From: Xanthobacteraceae bacterium
GTDB lineage: Bacteria > Pseudomonadota > Alphaproteobacteria > Rhizobiales > Xanthobacteraceae
Direction: 5' to 3'
NCBI GenBank assembly: GCA_051954235.1
Contig: JBQCHY010000056.1
Location: 4,499 to 68,498 of the forward strand
Length of the DNA: 64,000 nucleotides
Notes under the pieces: model-generated
What the model was told of the DNA's origin: nothing
Seen by the model: the letters and a program-made list of their open reading frames with translations, nothing else
Databases searched by the model: none
Translations under genes and position numbers: made by a program
Shown here: piece after piece, positions 49,764 to 58,555 of the stretch
Position numbering within the stretch: the first letter of the stretch is position 1
Layout of the letters: each line of letters opens with the position of its first letter

Positions 49764-49809
49764 CGCACGTCCGTCAATCAATCCGAAGCCGCATCGGTAA
49801 CGCCGGCCT

Positions 49810-50727
49810 TTATGGCCGGGCGAAGCAAGGCGCCGGCCCGTTTGCGTGGTGGCGAACGATGGCTGAAGCGGCCTTATGCATAGGGCCTGCAAGCTGTGGC
49901 GGCGGGGACGTCTGAAAGTCCGCGGCGCTCCCGGAATAAAAGCGCAAGGTCGACCACTCCGTCGAGAGCTCGATCCAGTTGCTCATGCCGGCCCCCGGAT
50001 TGTTGGCGAAGCCGCTCACGTAGACCGCAGTTGGGTTTCGCCACCAGTCGGCGCCGACATTGGCAACGAGCTTTTTATTCGGGGTATCGGTCTTCATGTC
50101 CATCTGAACGTAGACGCCATCGATGCTTCCAGCCTCGTATGCTCCTCGCCTCGTCAGCCAGAAGTGCGTATTGAAGCCGGCAGTGGGCCCTGGAAGAACC
50201 GCGGTGCCGTTCGGCAGTTCCCGCACCGTGATCTGCCTGGTTTCCCTTGCACCGAAGTCGGCAGCATAGTGCCCGCCGGCAACGTCGTCGGTAGTCTGAT
50301 CCTGCACCAACAGCCATTCATGGGTGGCGCGACGGCGAACGTAGGTCTTTGCATTGGCAACCATGATGTTTGCGTCCGGATTTGGCTCTTGTGGCGAGCC
50401 GACCTCCGGATAGACCTGCGCCCATCCTGTCACCGCCGAGAAATCGGAAGGCGGCGCTCCGTTTCCCGGCGGCGCGTACGAACCACCGCACCACGCAAAA
50501 TGCCCGGGCACTCCGACGGCATAACCCTCGCTTTCACCGCGCGTGTTCTGGTCGATTGCGTCGAGGACCGGCGAGGTTATCGTCTTGTCGACGGACGACG
50601 CCGTCGCTTGGCTTGCCGATGCCGACCAATCTGGCACAGCATGGACGAGCAAAGCCGCGACGATCGCCACTGCCGGCGCAGCGGATTTAGCGGCGAAGAG
50701 CCGTAAAGGGCGGTAGCACTGATGCAT
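49810..50727 (-). CDS. Unknown-fold secreted protein, paralog 2 (signal peptide plus the shared domain only)
   Basis: The start is taken at MHQCYRPLRLFAAKSAAPAVAIVAALLVHA...SASA (Sec-type signal). The mature part aligns with 45434-46762 along about 220 aa (DAI.QNT.G.SEG, PPSDF..VTGW.QVYPE, W.LVQDQ, GADWWR, GFANNP..GMS.W). Confidence 0.65.
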   Translation of the reverse strand: MHQCYRPLRLFAAKSAAPAVAIVAALLVHAVPDWSASASQATASSVDKTITSPVLDAIDQNTRGESEGYAVGVPGHFAWCGGSYAPPGNGAPPSDFSAVTGWAQVYPEVGSPQEPNPDANIMVANAKTYVRRRATHEWLLVQDQTTDDVAGGHYAADFGARETRQITVRELPNGTAVLPGPTAGFNTHFWLTRRGAYEAGSIDGVYVQMDMKTDTPNKKLVANVGADWWRNPTAVYVSGFANNPGAGMSNWIELSTEWSTLRFYSGSAADFQTSPPPQLAGPMHKAASAIVRHHANGPAPCFARP

Positions 50728-50808
50728 CCTGCGCCGCCTCTGCCATTGGATATCGCGAACCTGATGCCGATACAGGAATGCGCGCACGTTCGCGCTGAAA
50801 AGCTCCTG

Positions 50809-52290
50809 TTACTCCGCTGCCTGGATTTCCCTGAGATGATTGCGCACCGATCGCTTGACCACTTCCTCGAGCGCAGTTTCGACTTCGACTTCGTCCTCCT
50901 GCCGGCGTGCTCGCATGAATTCCAGCAACACCGCAAATCCCGAACCCAACGCGATGCCGCCCAGCACGACAATCAGGATCAAGTGCGGCGTTCGAGGAAA
51001 CATCGGCAAAGCCGGACGCTCCGCGCGTTGCACCACCCGAACGCTCGAGAGCTGTGTCTTCTTGGCGATGTCCTGATTGATCTGCTCCTCGATCACCCGA
51101 CTGCCATAATGATCGGCGGCGGTCGACGCCCGAGTGAGTACGCGCTTCAGCCTGTCATACTCGGCCTGCTTCGAGGACAAGGATCCTAACTCATCATTCA
51201 CCTTGCCGATCTCACCTACCAATGCCTTCTCGACGTTGAGGGCGCCATTGAGCTCCGTGTTGACCTTGAGCAGGCCCGCCATGGCATCCTGGTATACCTT
51301 GATCAGCAATAGCGGCGGCGCATCATCGCTAGGGACCGTCCCGACCGAACTGCTGCCTGCTTTGTAATCGCGCCCGCGGAGATCGCTCACGATCGCGGTG
51401 ACGGTCCGCGATTGGTGGACGGGTCGCAGGGTCACGAGTTGATCGAGGATAGCCTGCTTCTGACCTTTCCAGTCTTCAATGGAACTGCGCGTTGTGGACA
51501 GCTTCGCATCGAGCGCATCGACGCGCTGCAGGAGCAATTTCCGCTGATCGTCGACAGAATAAATTCCGGCCTCGACCGAAAAATTCCGAAGATCCGTGCC
51601 CGCCTTCTCGGCCTCCTGCTCCAGGCGCTTGGTCTGCTGCTGATAGAAAACCTCGGCGCCCGGAATTTGGACGAGGTCGGCCTGCATAGCGATCAGTGCG
51701 TTCGCGAGTTTGTTCAGAAATTCTGCCGCGACAGCCCGATCCGGATGGCGGAATGACACCCGCAGAATATCGGTGCGTCCCTCGCCCCTCGCTGAAATCA
51801 GCTCGCGCAGCTTAGCAATCAGCTTCTGGTGATCGTCCTTCGTTTCGTCTGCGCTGCCGCCAGCGCTGTTCGCCTCAGCGCGAGGTTTGAGAAAATCGAA
51901 CTGCGGAGGCAGTGCCTGAAGGCTCGATGTCAGCCACGACCCCGCCACGAACATGGGGCTCGATTTGTCCTTCTTGAACAAACGGCCGTAGCCGATCTCC
52001 GAAGCCGCCAGACCGATGACCTGATCGGTCGTTGCGATTCGCGCCAGCGACTCGATGCGGCTTGTCAGATCAGGGCCTTCGCCGAGGATACTCCCTGCCG
52101 ACCGATCCTTGATGCCCTGCCCAACCCGCAACAACGTATACGACTCGTAGCGGTCGCCGACGGCGCTGTGGAAGAGAAATCCTGCAGCCGATGCGAGGAT
52201 GAGAGCAACATATATCACCCGCCGCCGTCGCCAGAGGATCGGCAATATTTCGTTGAGCCGCGGAGTGTGATTGTTCGCACCGTGTTGCAC
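50809..52290 (-). CDS. GumC/ExoP-N-type polysaccharide co-polymerase (PCP-2 without kinase domain)
   Basis: It has a Wzz-type N-terminus (TM plus YESYTLLRV), a long coiled coil, and a C-terminal TM followed by only about 35 aa with no Walker motif. The ORF opens with a GTG at 52320. The internal GTG at 52288-52290 has a GGAG RBS 8 nt upstream. Confidence 0.75.
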   Translation of the reverse strand: MQHGANNHTPRLNEILPILWRRRRVIYVALILASAAGFLFHSAVGDRYESYTLLRVGQGIKDRSAGSILGEGPDLTSRIESLARIATTDQVIGLAASEIGYGRLFKKDKSSPMFVAGSWLTSSLQALPPQFDFLKPRAEANSAGGSADETKDDHQKLIAKLRELISARGEGRTDILRVSFRHPDRAVAAEFLNKLANALIAMQADLVQIPGAEVFYQQQTKRLEQEAEKAGTDLRNFSVEAGIYSVDDQRKLLLQRVDALDAKLSTTRSSIEDWKGQKQAILDQLVTLRPVHQSRTVTAIVSDLRGRDYKAGSSSVGTVPSDDAPPLLLIKVYQDAMAGLLKVNTELNGALNVEKALVGEIGKVNDELGSLSSKQAEYDRLKRVLTRASTAADHYGSRVIEEQINQDIAKKTQLSSVRVVQRAERPALPMFPRTPHLILIVVLGGIALGSGFAVLLEFMRARRQEDEVEVETALEEVVKRSVRNHLREIQAAE

Positions 52291-52367
52291 AGCCAATGCT
52301 CCAGATTGGAAACAAACCACGCGTCGGGTTGTACGAGCGAATGATGCGCCCTGATGGCCTGCCCAAG

Positions 52368-52381
52368 TTGACGATCATCAA
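52368..52381. promoter_or_regulatory. FNR/FixK-type box TTGACGATCATCAA
   Basis: It matches the FNR consensus at 9/10 positions and is identical at 13/14 positions to the box at 48406. It lies in the divergent region between the PCP gene and the Crp/Fnr regulator gene. Confidence 0.45.
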
Positions 52382-52624
52382 GTCGCGGGTTTTGTCGGCG
52401 TTGTGACGATCTGCAGGCGACGGTCAGCGGCTCGATCATGGCAATCCTCGATGTCAGATATCGCTCGGTCACGCCCGACTTTGGCCCACGCAAGCCTGTG
52501 CGGAAGGACTAACCCCAACGGCGAATAGTACTCCCGAAGAGTGCGCGGAGCGCGCCGACCCCTCGTGTATCAAAGAACCCGCAGAACCCGAGCAGCGTGC
52601 GAACAGCGTAACGGAGGGTCGAGT

Positions 52625-53284
52625 ATGGGTATGCCGCAAATTGGAACTTGTGGGGCCGAACCGCTGGCTTACGGGGCGCTCCGCAAAGAAATCCCCGAAA
52701 GGCGCCCCCAATCGGCACCATTGCTGCTCGTCCCGCGCGGGCGCGTGCTGTTCTGGGAAGGCGAGCATCAGGCCCAAAAAATCCAGATCGTGAAGGGCGT
52801 GGTGCGGGCCGTCCAACTGCTCGAAAACGGAAACCGTCAAATCCTGACGTTCTTCTGGCCCGGCCACGTCATCATGCCGACCCGCTCGTCATGTCAGCGG
52901 ATAACGGCCGAGGCGGTCACCAATTGCTGGGTGCAACGCTCCACAGCGACCGGCACCTGCCAGGAAGAGGACCCCTGCGGCGCCCGTCAGATTCTGATCG
53001 ATACGCTGGCACTGGTTGCGACACGAAATCACAAGAACAGCGTCGCCCGGATCGCAGACTTTCTACTTCGCATCAGAAAGCACCTTCCCAGCGATCCGAA
53101 ACGGCCGCTGGCGCTCTCGCTGCTGCTGCCACGGGCGGATATCGCGGATCACCTGGGGACGTCCATCGAAACCGTTTGCCGCATCCTTGCGGAGTTCAAG
53201 ATGAAAGGGCTGATCGACCTGCCGAACCGAAAGACCATTCGATATCTCGATCTGCCCGGCCTTGCACAAGTCGCCGGCGAATAG
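52625..53284 (+). CDS. Crp/Fnr-family transcriptional regulator (FixK-like, no N-terminal Cys cluster)
   Basis: It has a cNMP-like beta-roll (VLFWEGEHQAQKIQIVKGVVRAVQLLENGNRQILTFFWPG) and an HTH LGTSIETVCRILAEF. The E..CR resembles the E..SR recognition motif of the FNR/FixK class. The start is at MGMPQ with a GGAGGG RBS. Confidence 0.85.
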   Translation: MGMPQIGTCGAEPLAYGALRKEIPERRPQSAPLLLVPRGRVLFWEGEHQAQKIQIVKGVVRAVQLLENGNRQILTFFWPGHVIMPTRSSCQRITAEAVTNCWVQRSTATGTCQEEDPCGARQILIDTLALVATRNHKNSVARIADFLLRIRKHLPSDPKRPLALSLLLPRADIADHLGTSIETVCRILAEFKMKGLIDLPNRKTIRYLDLPGLAQVAGE

Positions 53285-53329
53285 CTCATTGCAACAGCAT
53301 TTCAACGCTCGCGATCAAAGAGGCGTCGA

Positions 53330-54796
53330 ATGTCTCTCGTCCATGACACCAACCTCATAACCGGCCTGGTTCATTCGAATTCCCGCAGCCAGCCTGTTGC
53401 CCCGATCTCGCTCAACGTCATGTCGCCGCTGATTGCGATATTCGATCTCGTCTGGATCGTCGCACTGGGAATTACCGTAGGTCTTCTCTATGACCACCTG
53501 GCTCTTGGTGGGCACAGCACGGCGCAAAATCACCTCGGCGCGGGAATCGCCGTGGCCGCGCTCTACTTAGGGTTCGCTCATGCGGCCGAGCTTTATCGCG
53601 GACCGAACCTCCTCCAGGTCAAATGGCAAGTCGAACATGCCACGCTTGCCTGGCTGCTGGCGTTCGTGTGCCTTGCATCCATTGCGTTCTTACTGAAAAC
53701 GGGAGCGGCATTCTCGCGCGGCGAGATGCTGCTATTCTTTAGCAGCGGCATCATTGCCAGTGCGGCAATGCGATTGATCGTTGCGCGGGTTTGCCGCTTC
53801 GTTCTCGCGTCCGGCGCGTTGAAATCCACCCGGGTCGTGTTGGTCGGATTGGCGGACGAACTCGCCGCCAATGGCGCATTGTCCGCGCTGGAAAAATACG
53901 GTTATGCCGTAGTCAGCGTCTTCCCGTTACCCACAGACGAAAATCCGGCCTCCGCCCGCGACACGCTGAAAGCCTATTTGCGGCAGGTGACCCGTTACGT
54001 CAGGGACATGAATATCGACGAGATCATCGTCGCGATTCCCTGGCGTTCGACGGAACTCCTACGCGAGGTCGAAGACGAGTTACGCGTGCTGCCGATACAG
54101 GTCACGCTGGTGCCTGACACCATTGCAGGTCAGGTATTGGATCACCCGTTGGCTGAACTCGGTCCGACAAAGGCAGTGCAACTCCAGCGGCCACCCCTGA
54201 ATGCCTTCCAGCGCAATCTGAAGCAAGGCATCGACCGCATACTGGCCGCGACGTCCCTGTTCCTTTTGATACCCTTCCTGGCCGTGATCATCGCGGCGAT
54301 ACGGATGGAATCGCCGGGGCCGGCGCTCTTTCTCCAAACGAGGGTCGGCTTCAATGGACGGCCATTCAAAATTTTCAAGTTCAGAACGATGTCCACGCTT
54401 GATGACGGGCCGGTCATCGTTCAAGCTACCAAGAACGACAGCCGCATCACACACCTCGGCGCACTGTTGCGCAAGCTTAGCATCGACGAACTGCCGCAAC
54501 TGATCAACGTGCTACGCGGCGACATGTCGCTGGTCGGCCCGCGTCCGCACGCGCTTGCACACGACAACGAATACGATCGGCTGATCGCGACCTACGCCAT
54601 ACGGCACAAGATGAAACCCGGCATCACCGGTTGGGCCCAGATCAACGGATTCCGTGGCGAAACACCTGAAATCGGCATGATGATGCGCCGGGTGGAGAGC
54701 GACCTGTGGTACATCGAGTCATGGTCGCCATGGCTCGACATCCGCATCATGCTGCTCACCGTGGTCCGGGTCCTGCAATCGGAAAACGCCCGTTGA
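53330..54796 (+). CDS. Polyprenyl-phosphate hexose-1-phosphate transferase (WbaP/ExoY family, full-length polytopic form)
   Basis: The 488-aa protein has N-terminal TMs, a central Rossmann-like domain and a C-terminal PALFLQTRVGFNGRPFKIFKFRTM...GDMSLVGPRP. Confidence 0.9.
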   Translation: MSLVHDTNLITGLVHSNSRSQPVAPISLNVMSPLIAIFDLVWIVALGITVGLLYDHLALGGHSTAQNHLGAGIAVAALYLGFAHAAELYRGPNLLQVKWQVEHATLAWLLAFVCLASIAFLLKTGAAFSRGEMLLFFSSGIIASAAMRLIVARVCRFVLASGALKSTRVVLVGLADELAANGALSALEKYGYAVVSVFPLPTDENPASARDTLKAYLRQVTRYVRDMNIDEIIVAIPWRSTELLREVEDELRVLPIQVTLVPDTIAGQVLDHPLAELGPTKAVQLQRPPLNAFQRNLKQGIDRILAATSLFLLIPFLAVIIAAIRMESPGPALFLQTRVGFNGRPFKIFKFRTMSTLDDGPVIVQATKNDSRITHLGALLRKLSIDELPQLINVLRGDMSLVGPRPHALAHDNEYDRLIATYAIRHKMKPGITGWAQINGFRGETPEIGMMMRRVESDLWYIESWSPWLDIRIMLLTVVRVLQSENAR

Positions 54797-55224
54797 TCTA
54801 AACGGCCTACCTCTTGGCCCGGCATAAGCCCAGCTTTGCTCAAGCCGTCGTGATCAGGATCGCCGGCGCGATTGTCAAATTTCGGTATCGTTATTGAGAA
54901 CGCTCATATCGATGCGTCCGCGGTGCGTATGCTGCGTACTCTCCTCTCTTCCGAGAAGGAAGGCAGATGCCGCAGACAGACAATCCGAATTCCTTACGCT
55001 CGCATCGAGACACCGCCCCTGTTTCGCAAGATCACCATAAGGGACGTCTTGATTGGGCAGTCCTCGTCGTCCTGTTCGCATTGAGCTGCACCTTGGGATG
55101 GATTTCTCTCTTGTTGTGGGGCGCCATGCGCGCCTTTCAAATCGCCCTTCTCTGAACGCGAGGCTCGATGTCGCGCCGCCCAAGGAAATATCATCAGCGA
55201 CGTTTGATACCGATGTACCGCTTA

Positions 55225-55238
55225 TTGACGGATAGCAA
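55225..55238. promoter_or_regulatory. FNR/FixK-type box variant TTGACGGATAGCAA
   Basis: It matches the FNR consensus at 8/10 positions and fits the TTG(A/C)-N6-(T/G)CAA form. It lies 115 bp upstream of the rfbF-like start, with a CTAAAT -10-like hexamer at 55259-55264 at class-II spacing. Confidence 0.3.
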
Positions 55239-55352
55239 CTTCGCTTTGCCCCCTTGGTCTAAATTTTCAACCACACGTACGCACTTTCTCAATTCTCACC
55301 GCTCGTCGTCAGACAATGCGTCATTCACGCACACATTGCAAAGGTCGCTGAG

Positions 55353-56168
55353 ATGAAGACAGTTCTGTTCTGCGGCGGTCTCGGCACGCGTATCCGGGAC
55401 GTAGCTGAAAATATCCCGAAACCGATGGTTCCGGTCGGCGACAAGCCGATCCTCTGGCATCTGATGCACTATTACAGTCAGTTCGGGCACAAGGATTTCG
55501 TCCTTTGCCTCGGCTACAAAGCGAACGTAATCAAGGAATACTTTCTGAATTACAAACCGCAGGCTTACGCCGACTGCGTCGTCTCGGGCTTCGGCAACGA
55601 GGTCGAGATTCTCGGAAATCCGCAGCAGGACTGGCGCATTGCGATGATCGATACCGGCATCTGGCGCAATATCGGCCAGCGGCTATGGGCCGTGCGTGAT
55701 CACGTCGTGGGCGAGGAGATGTTTCTCGCCAACTACAGCGACGGTCTCTCTGACGTCAATCTCACCGAAATGATCGAAACCTTCCGCATCAGCGGAAAGG
55801 TCGCCTGCTTCACGGCGGTGCGGCCATCATTCAGTCTGCATCTGGTCGATATGCATCCGGATGGAAAAGTCGAACGGATCCGCGCCAGCCAGGAAGCCGA
55901 TCTTTGGATCAATGGCGGCTTCTTCATCTTCCGAAAGGAGATATTCGACTATATGCGCGACGGCGACGAACTCGTCGAAGCGCCATTCCAACGCTTGATC
56001 GAGGCGGATCAACTCATGGCGTTCCGGCATGAGGGATTCTGGCGTCCGATGGATACGTTGAAGGACAAGCAGATCCTCGAGGATCTCGTCGACAAGGGCA
56101 CGATGCCCTGGCTTCTCAATTTGAATCCCGGCATGGCCCCGGCCCGGACCGAGAGGAAAATGGGATGA
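55353..56168 (+). CDS. rfbF: Glucose-1-phosphate cytidylyltransferase
   Basis: It has MKTVLFCGGLGTRIRDVAENIPKPMVPVGDKPILWHLM...LCLGYK, and the 271-aa length is typical of RfbF/DdhA. Confidence 0.9.
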   Translation: MKTVLFCGGLGTRIRDVAENIPKPMVPVGDKPILWHLMHYYSQFGHKDFVLCLGYKANVIKEYFLNYKPQAYADCVVSGFGNEVEILGNPQQDWRIAMIDTGIWRNIGQRLWAVRDHVVGEEMFLANYSDGLSDVNLTEMIETFRISGKVACFTAVRPSFSLHLVDMHPDGKVERIRASQEADLWINGGFFIFRKEIFDYMRDGDELVEAPFQRLIEADQLMAFRHEGFWRPMDTLKDKQILEDLVDKGTMPWLLNLNPGMAPARTERKMG

Positions 56169-56818
56169 AGCGCTTCAAGCTCGCCGATGCAAATGAGCGA
56201 TTGTCCGTGCTTTGCATCGGCGCGCATTCCGACGACATCGAGATCGGCGCCGGCGCAACGATCCTCGGTTGGATCGATCGCGGTGTGCGCCTCGACGTCC
56301 ATTGGGTGGTTCTGAGTGCGCAAGGGCCGCGCGGCGACGAGGCGCGCTCGTCCGCCGAGGCATTTCTCGCTGGCTCGGAACGCGCGGTGATCGAGTTGGC
56401 GGAATTCAAGGACGGCTTTTTCCCGCATCAGGGGGCCGAGATCAAGATCTGGTTCGAGGCTCTGAAACGACGTGCATCGCCCGACGTGATCCTGTGCCAC
56501 ACGCGCCACGACGCGCATCAAGACCATCGCGAAGTCTGCGCATTGACGTGGAACACCTTTCGCGACCACGCGATCCTCGAATACGAAATTCCGAAATGGG
56601 ATGGCGACCTGAGCCAGCCGAATGTCTTCATTCCAGCTACCCGAACGCTGATGGAGCGCAAGGCCAAACTCCTGCGCCAGCATTTCGGCACGCAGCGCTC
56701 AAAGGACTGGTTTGACGCGGAAACATTCATGGGTCTGGCACGGCTGCGCGGCATGGAATGCCGCGCGCCGGACGGATTCGCCGAAGCCTTTCACGGACGG
56801 AAACTAACGGTGCAGTAA
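56165..56818 (+). CDS. PIG-L/LmbE-family deacetylase
   Basis: It has [16 protein letters not shown] and [13 protein letters not shown] metal-binding motifs, and a 4-nt overlap with rfbF. Confidence 0.85.
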   Translation: MKRFKLADANERLSVLCIGAHSDDIEIGAGATILGWIDRGVRLDVHWVVLSAQGPRGDEARSSAEAFLAGSERAVIELAEFKDGFFPHQGAEIKIWFEALKRRASPDVILCHTRHDAHQDHREVCALTWNTFRDHAILEYEIPKWDGDLSQPNVFIPATRTLMERKAKLLRQHFGTQRSKDWFDAETFMGLARLRGMECRAPDGFAEAFHGRKLTVQ

Positions 56819-56834
56819 AGCTAAGGAAACCGCC

Positions 56835-57908
56835 ATGCGTGTGATGGTCACAGGACACTTGGGTTATATTGGAACCGTGATGGTGCCGATGCTGCTGGCA
56901 TCTGGTCACGACGTGGTGGGCTTCGACAGCAATCTCTATGAGCGATGCACCTTCGAGGCCGGAGGCCGCATCCAGCCTGTGCCGCAGATCCGCAAGGATA
57001 TTCGCGACGTCACGCGCGAGGACCTCAGGGGGCTCGACGCCATCATTCATCTCTGCGCCTTGTCGAACGATCCGCTCGGGAATTTTCGTCCTCAACTGAC
57101 CTACGACATCAACCACGCGGGCAGCGTGCGGCTGGCGACGCTGGCGAAGGAAGCGGGCGTCAAACGCTTCCTGTTGGCCTCCTCCTGCAGCAACTACGGA
57201 CAGGCCGGCGAGGCCATGCTTGATGAGACCGGGGCGCTCAATCCGGTGACGGCCTATGGCGAATCCAAGGTCCGGTCCGAGCGCGATATCTCTACACTGG
57301 CCGGTGATGGCTTCTGCCCGACCTATATGCGCCCGGCCACCGCCTATGGCGTCTCGCCGCGAATCCGTTTCGATATCGTGCTCAACAATCTGGTCGCCTG
57401 GGCGGTGACCAACGGGCTGATCTATCTGAAGTCGGACGGATCGCCATGGCGGCCGATCGTCCACATCGAAGACATTTCGCGCGCCTTCATCGCGGCGCTC
57501 GAAGCGCCGGTGGATGTGGTCTTCAATCAGGCCTTCAACGTCGGCCAGACTGAGCACAACTATCGCATCAGCGATATCGCCAAGATCGTCGCCGATGTCG
57601 TGCCGGGCTGCCGGCTCGAATACGCCCCTGATGCAAGCCCCGATACGCGGTCCTACCGGGTCAATTTCGACAAGATCGCGCGCATGCTGCCGGCCTTCAA
57701 GCCACAATGGGATGCACGGCGCGGCGCCGAACAACTCTATAGCGCCTATCTCCGTACGAAGTTGACACTCGAGGAGTTCGAAGGTCCGCGCTACCAGCGC
57801 ATCGGTCACATCCAGAAGCTGATTGCCGACGGCATCCTTGGCGACGATCTGAAACACCGCTCGGCCGTTCATTCCGAATCCATCCGCCAGTTCGCTGTCG
57901 GTGGCTAG
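56835..57908 (+). CDS. Extended-SDR NAD-dependent epimerase/dehydratase (role in the pathway unresolved)
   Basis: It has [12 protein letters not shown] (Rossmann) and a SSCSNYG...YGESK catalytic triad region. It is not the typical RfbG (TGHTGFKG) signature. Confidence 0.8.
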   Translation: MRVMVTGHLGYIGTVMVPMLLASGHDVVGFDSNLYERCTFEAGGRIQPVPQIRKDIRDVTREDLRGLDAIIHLCALSNDPLGNFRPQLTYDINHAGSVRLATLAKEAGVKRFLLASSCSNYGQAGEAMLDETGALNPVTAYGESKVRSERDISTLAGDGFCPTYMRPATAYGVSPRIRFDIVLNNLVAWAVTNGLIYLKSDGSPWRPIVHIEDISRAFIAALEAPVDVVFNQAFNVGQTEHNYRISDIAKIVADVVPGCRLEYAPDASPDTRSYRVNFDKIARMLPAFKPQWDARRGAEQLYSAYLRTKLTLEEFEGPRYQRIGHIQKLIADGILGDDLKHRSAVHSESIRQFAVGG

Positions 57909-57922
57909 ACCAGACACAAGCC

Positions 57923-58501
57923 ATGATCTTTACCGAAACAAAGCTCAAGGGTGCGTTCATCATCGATCTCGACCGCAAGACGGACGAGCGAGGTTTCTTC
58001 GCGCGCACCTTCTGCCAGCACGAATTCCGCGAGCATGGGCTTCGGTCCATGACCGCCCAAACCAATGTCGCCCTGAACACCAGGAAAGGCACGCTACGCG
58101 GCATGCACTTCCAGTATCCGCCGGCCGCCGAAACCAAGCTGGTGCGCTGCACGCGCGGCGCCCTGATCGATATTATCGTCGACCTGCGTCCCGAGAGCCC
58201 GACCTATCTCGATCACATCCGCGTCGAGCTCAACGAAGACAACATGAGAGCACTGTACGTGCCGGAACGCTTCGCCCACGGATTTCAGGCGCTCCGCGAC
58301 AATACCGTGACGAGCTACCAGATGGGCGAATTCTATAAGCCGGACGCGGAAAGCGGATTTCGCTACGACGATCCACTGCTGGGACTGGCATGGCCGCTGC
58401 CGGTGTCCGTGATGTCGCCGAAAGACCTGGCTTTGCGCTCGTTACGTGACATCGAAGACGACGTGAAATGCAGAATGTCGCGCGCATCGACGGCAGCATG
58501 A
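57923..58501 (+). CDS. RmlC-family NDP-4-keto-6-deoxyhexose 3,5-(or 3-/5-)epimerase (cupin)
   Basis: It has DERGFFARTF, LRGMHFQ, KLVRCTRGALIDIIVDLR, LYVPERFAHGFQAL and YDDPLLGLAWP. Confidence 0.85.
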   Translation: MIFTETKLKGAFIIDLDRKTDERGFFARTFCQHEFREHGLRSMTAQTNVALNTRKGTLRGMHFQYPPAAETKLVRCTRGALIDIIVDLRPESPTYLDHIRVELNEDNMRALYVPERFAHGFQALRDNTVTSYQMGEFYKPDAESGFRYDDPLLGLAWPLPVSVMSPKDLALRSLRDIEDDVKCRMSRASTAA

Positions 58502-58555
58502 CCAACATCATGGTCAGCCGGTGCCGGAAGATGCCGAACTGATCAGGGAGCAGCC

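Noticed and set aside
49803-49819. A short hairpin CCGGCC-TTTAT-GGCCGG between or overlapping the convergent gene ends.
   Set aside because: The stem is only 6 bp, it overlaps the stop codon of the minus-strand gene, and there is no U-run. That is not enough for a terminator call.
52648-53346. A 232-aa alternative-frame ORF overlapping the Crp/Fnr gene.
   Set aside because: The other frame (52625-53284) carries the cNMP-binding and HTH motifs. This frame is Arg/Pro/Ala-rich with no motif.
54872-55356. Several 60-100-aa ORFs on both strands in the 555-bp gap upstream of rfbF.
   Set aside because: They are mutually overlapping, with no RBS and no motifs. The gap is more plausibly a regulatory leader containing the FNR/FixK-like box.
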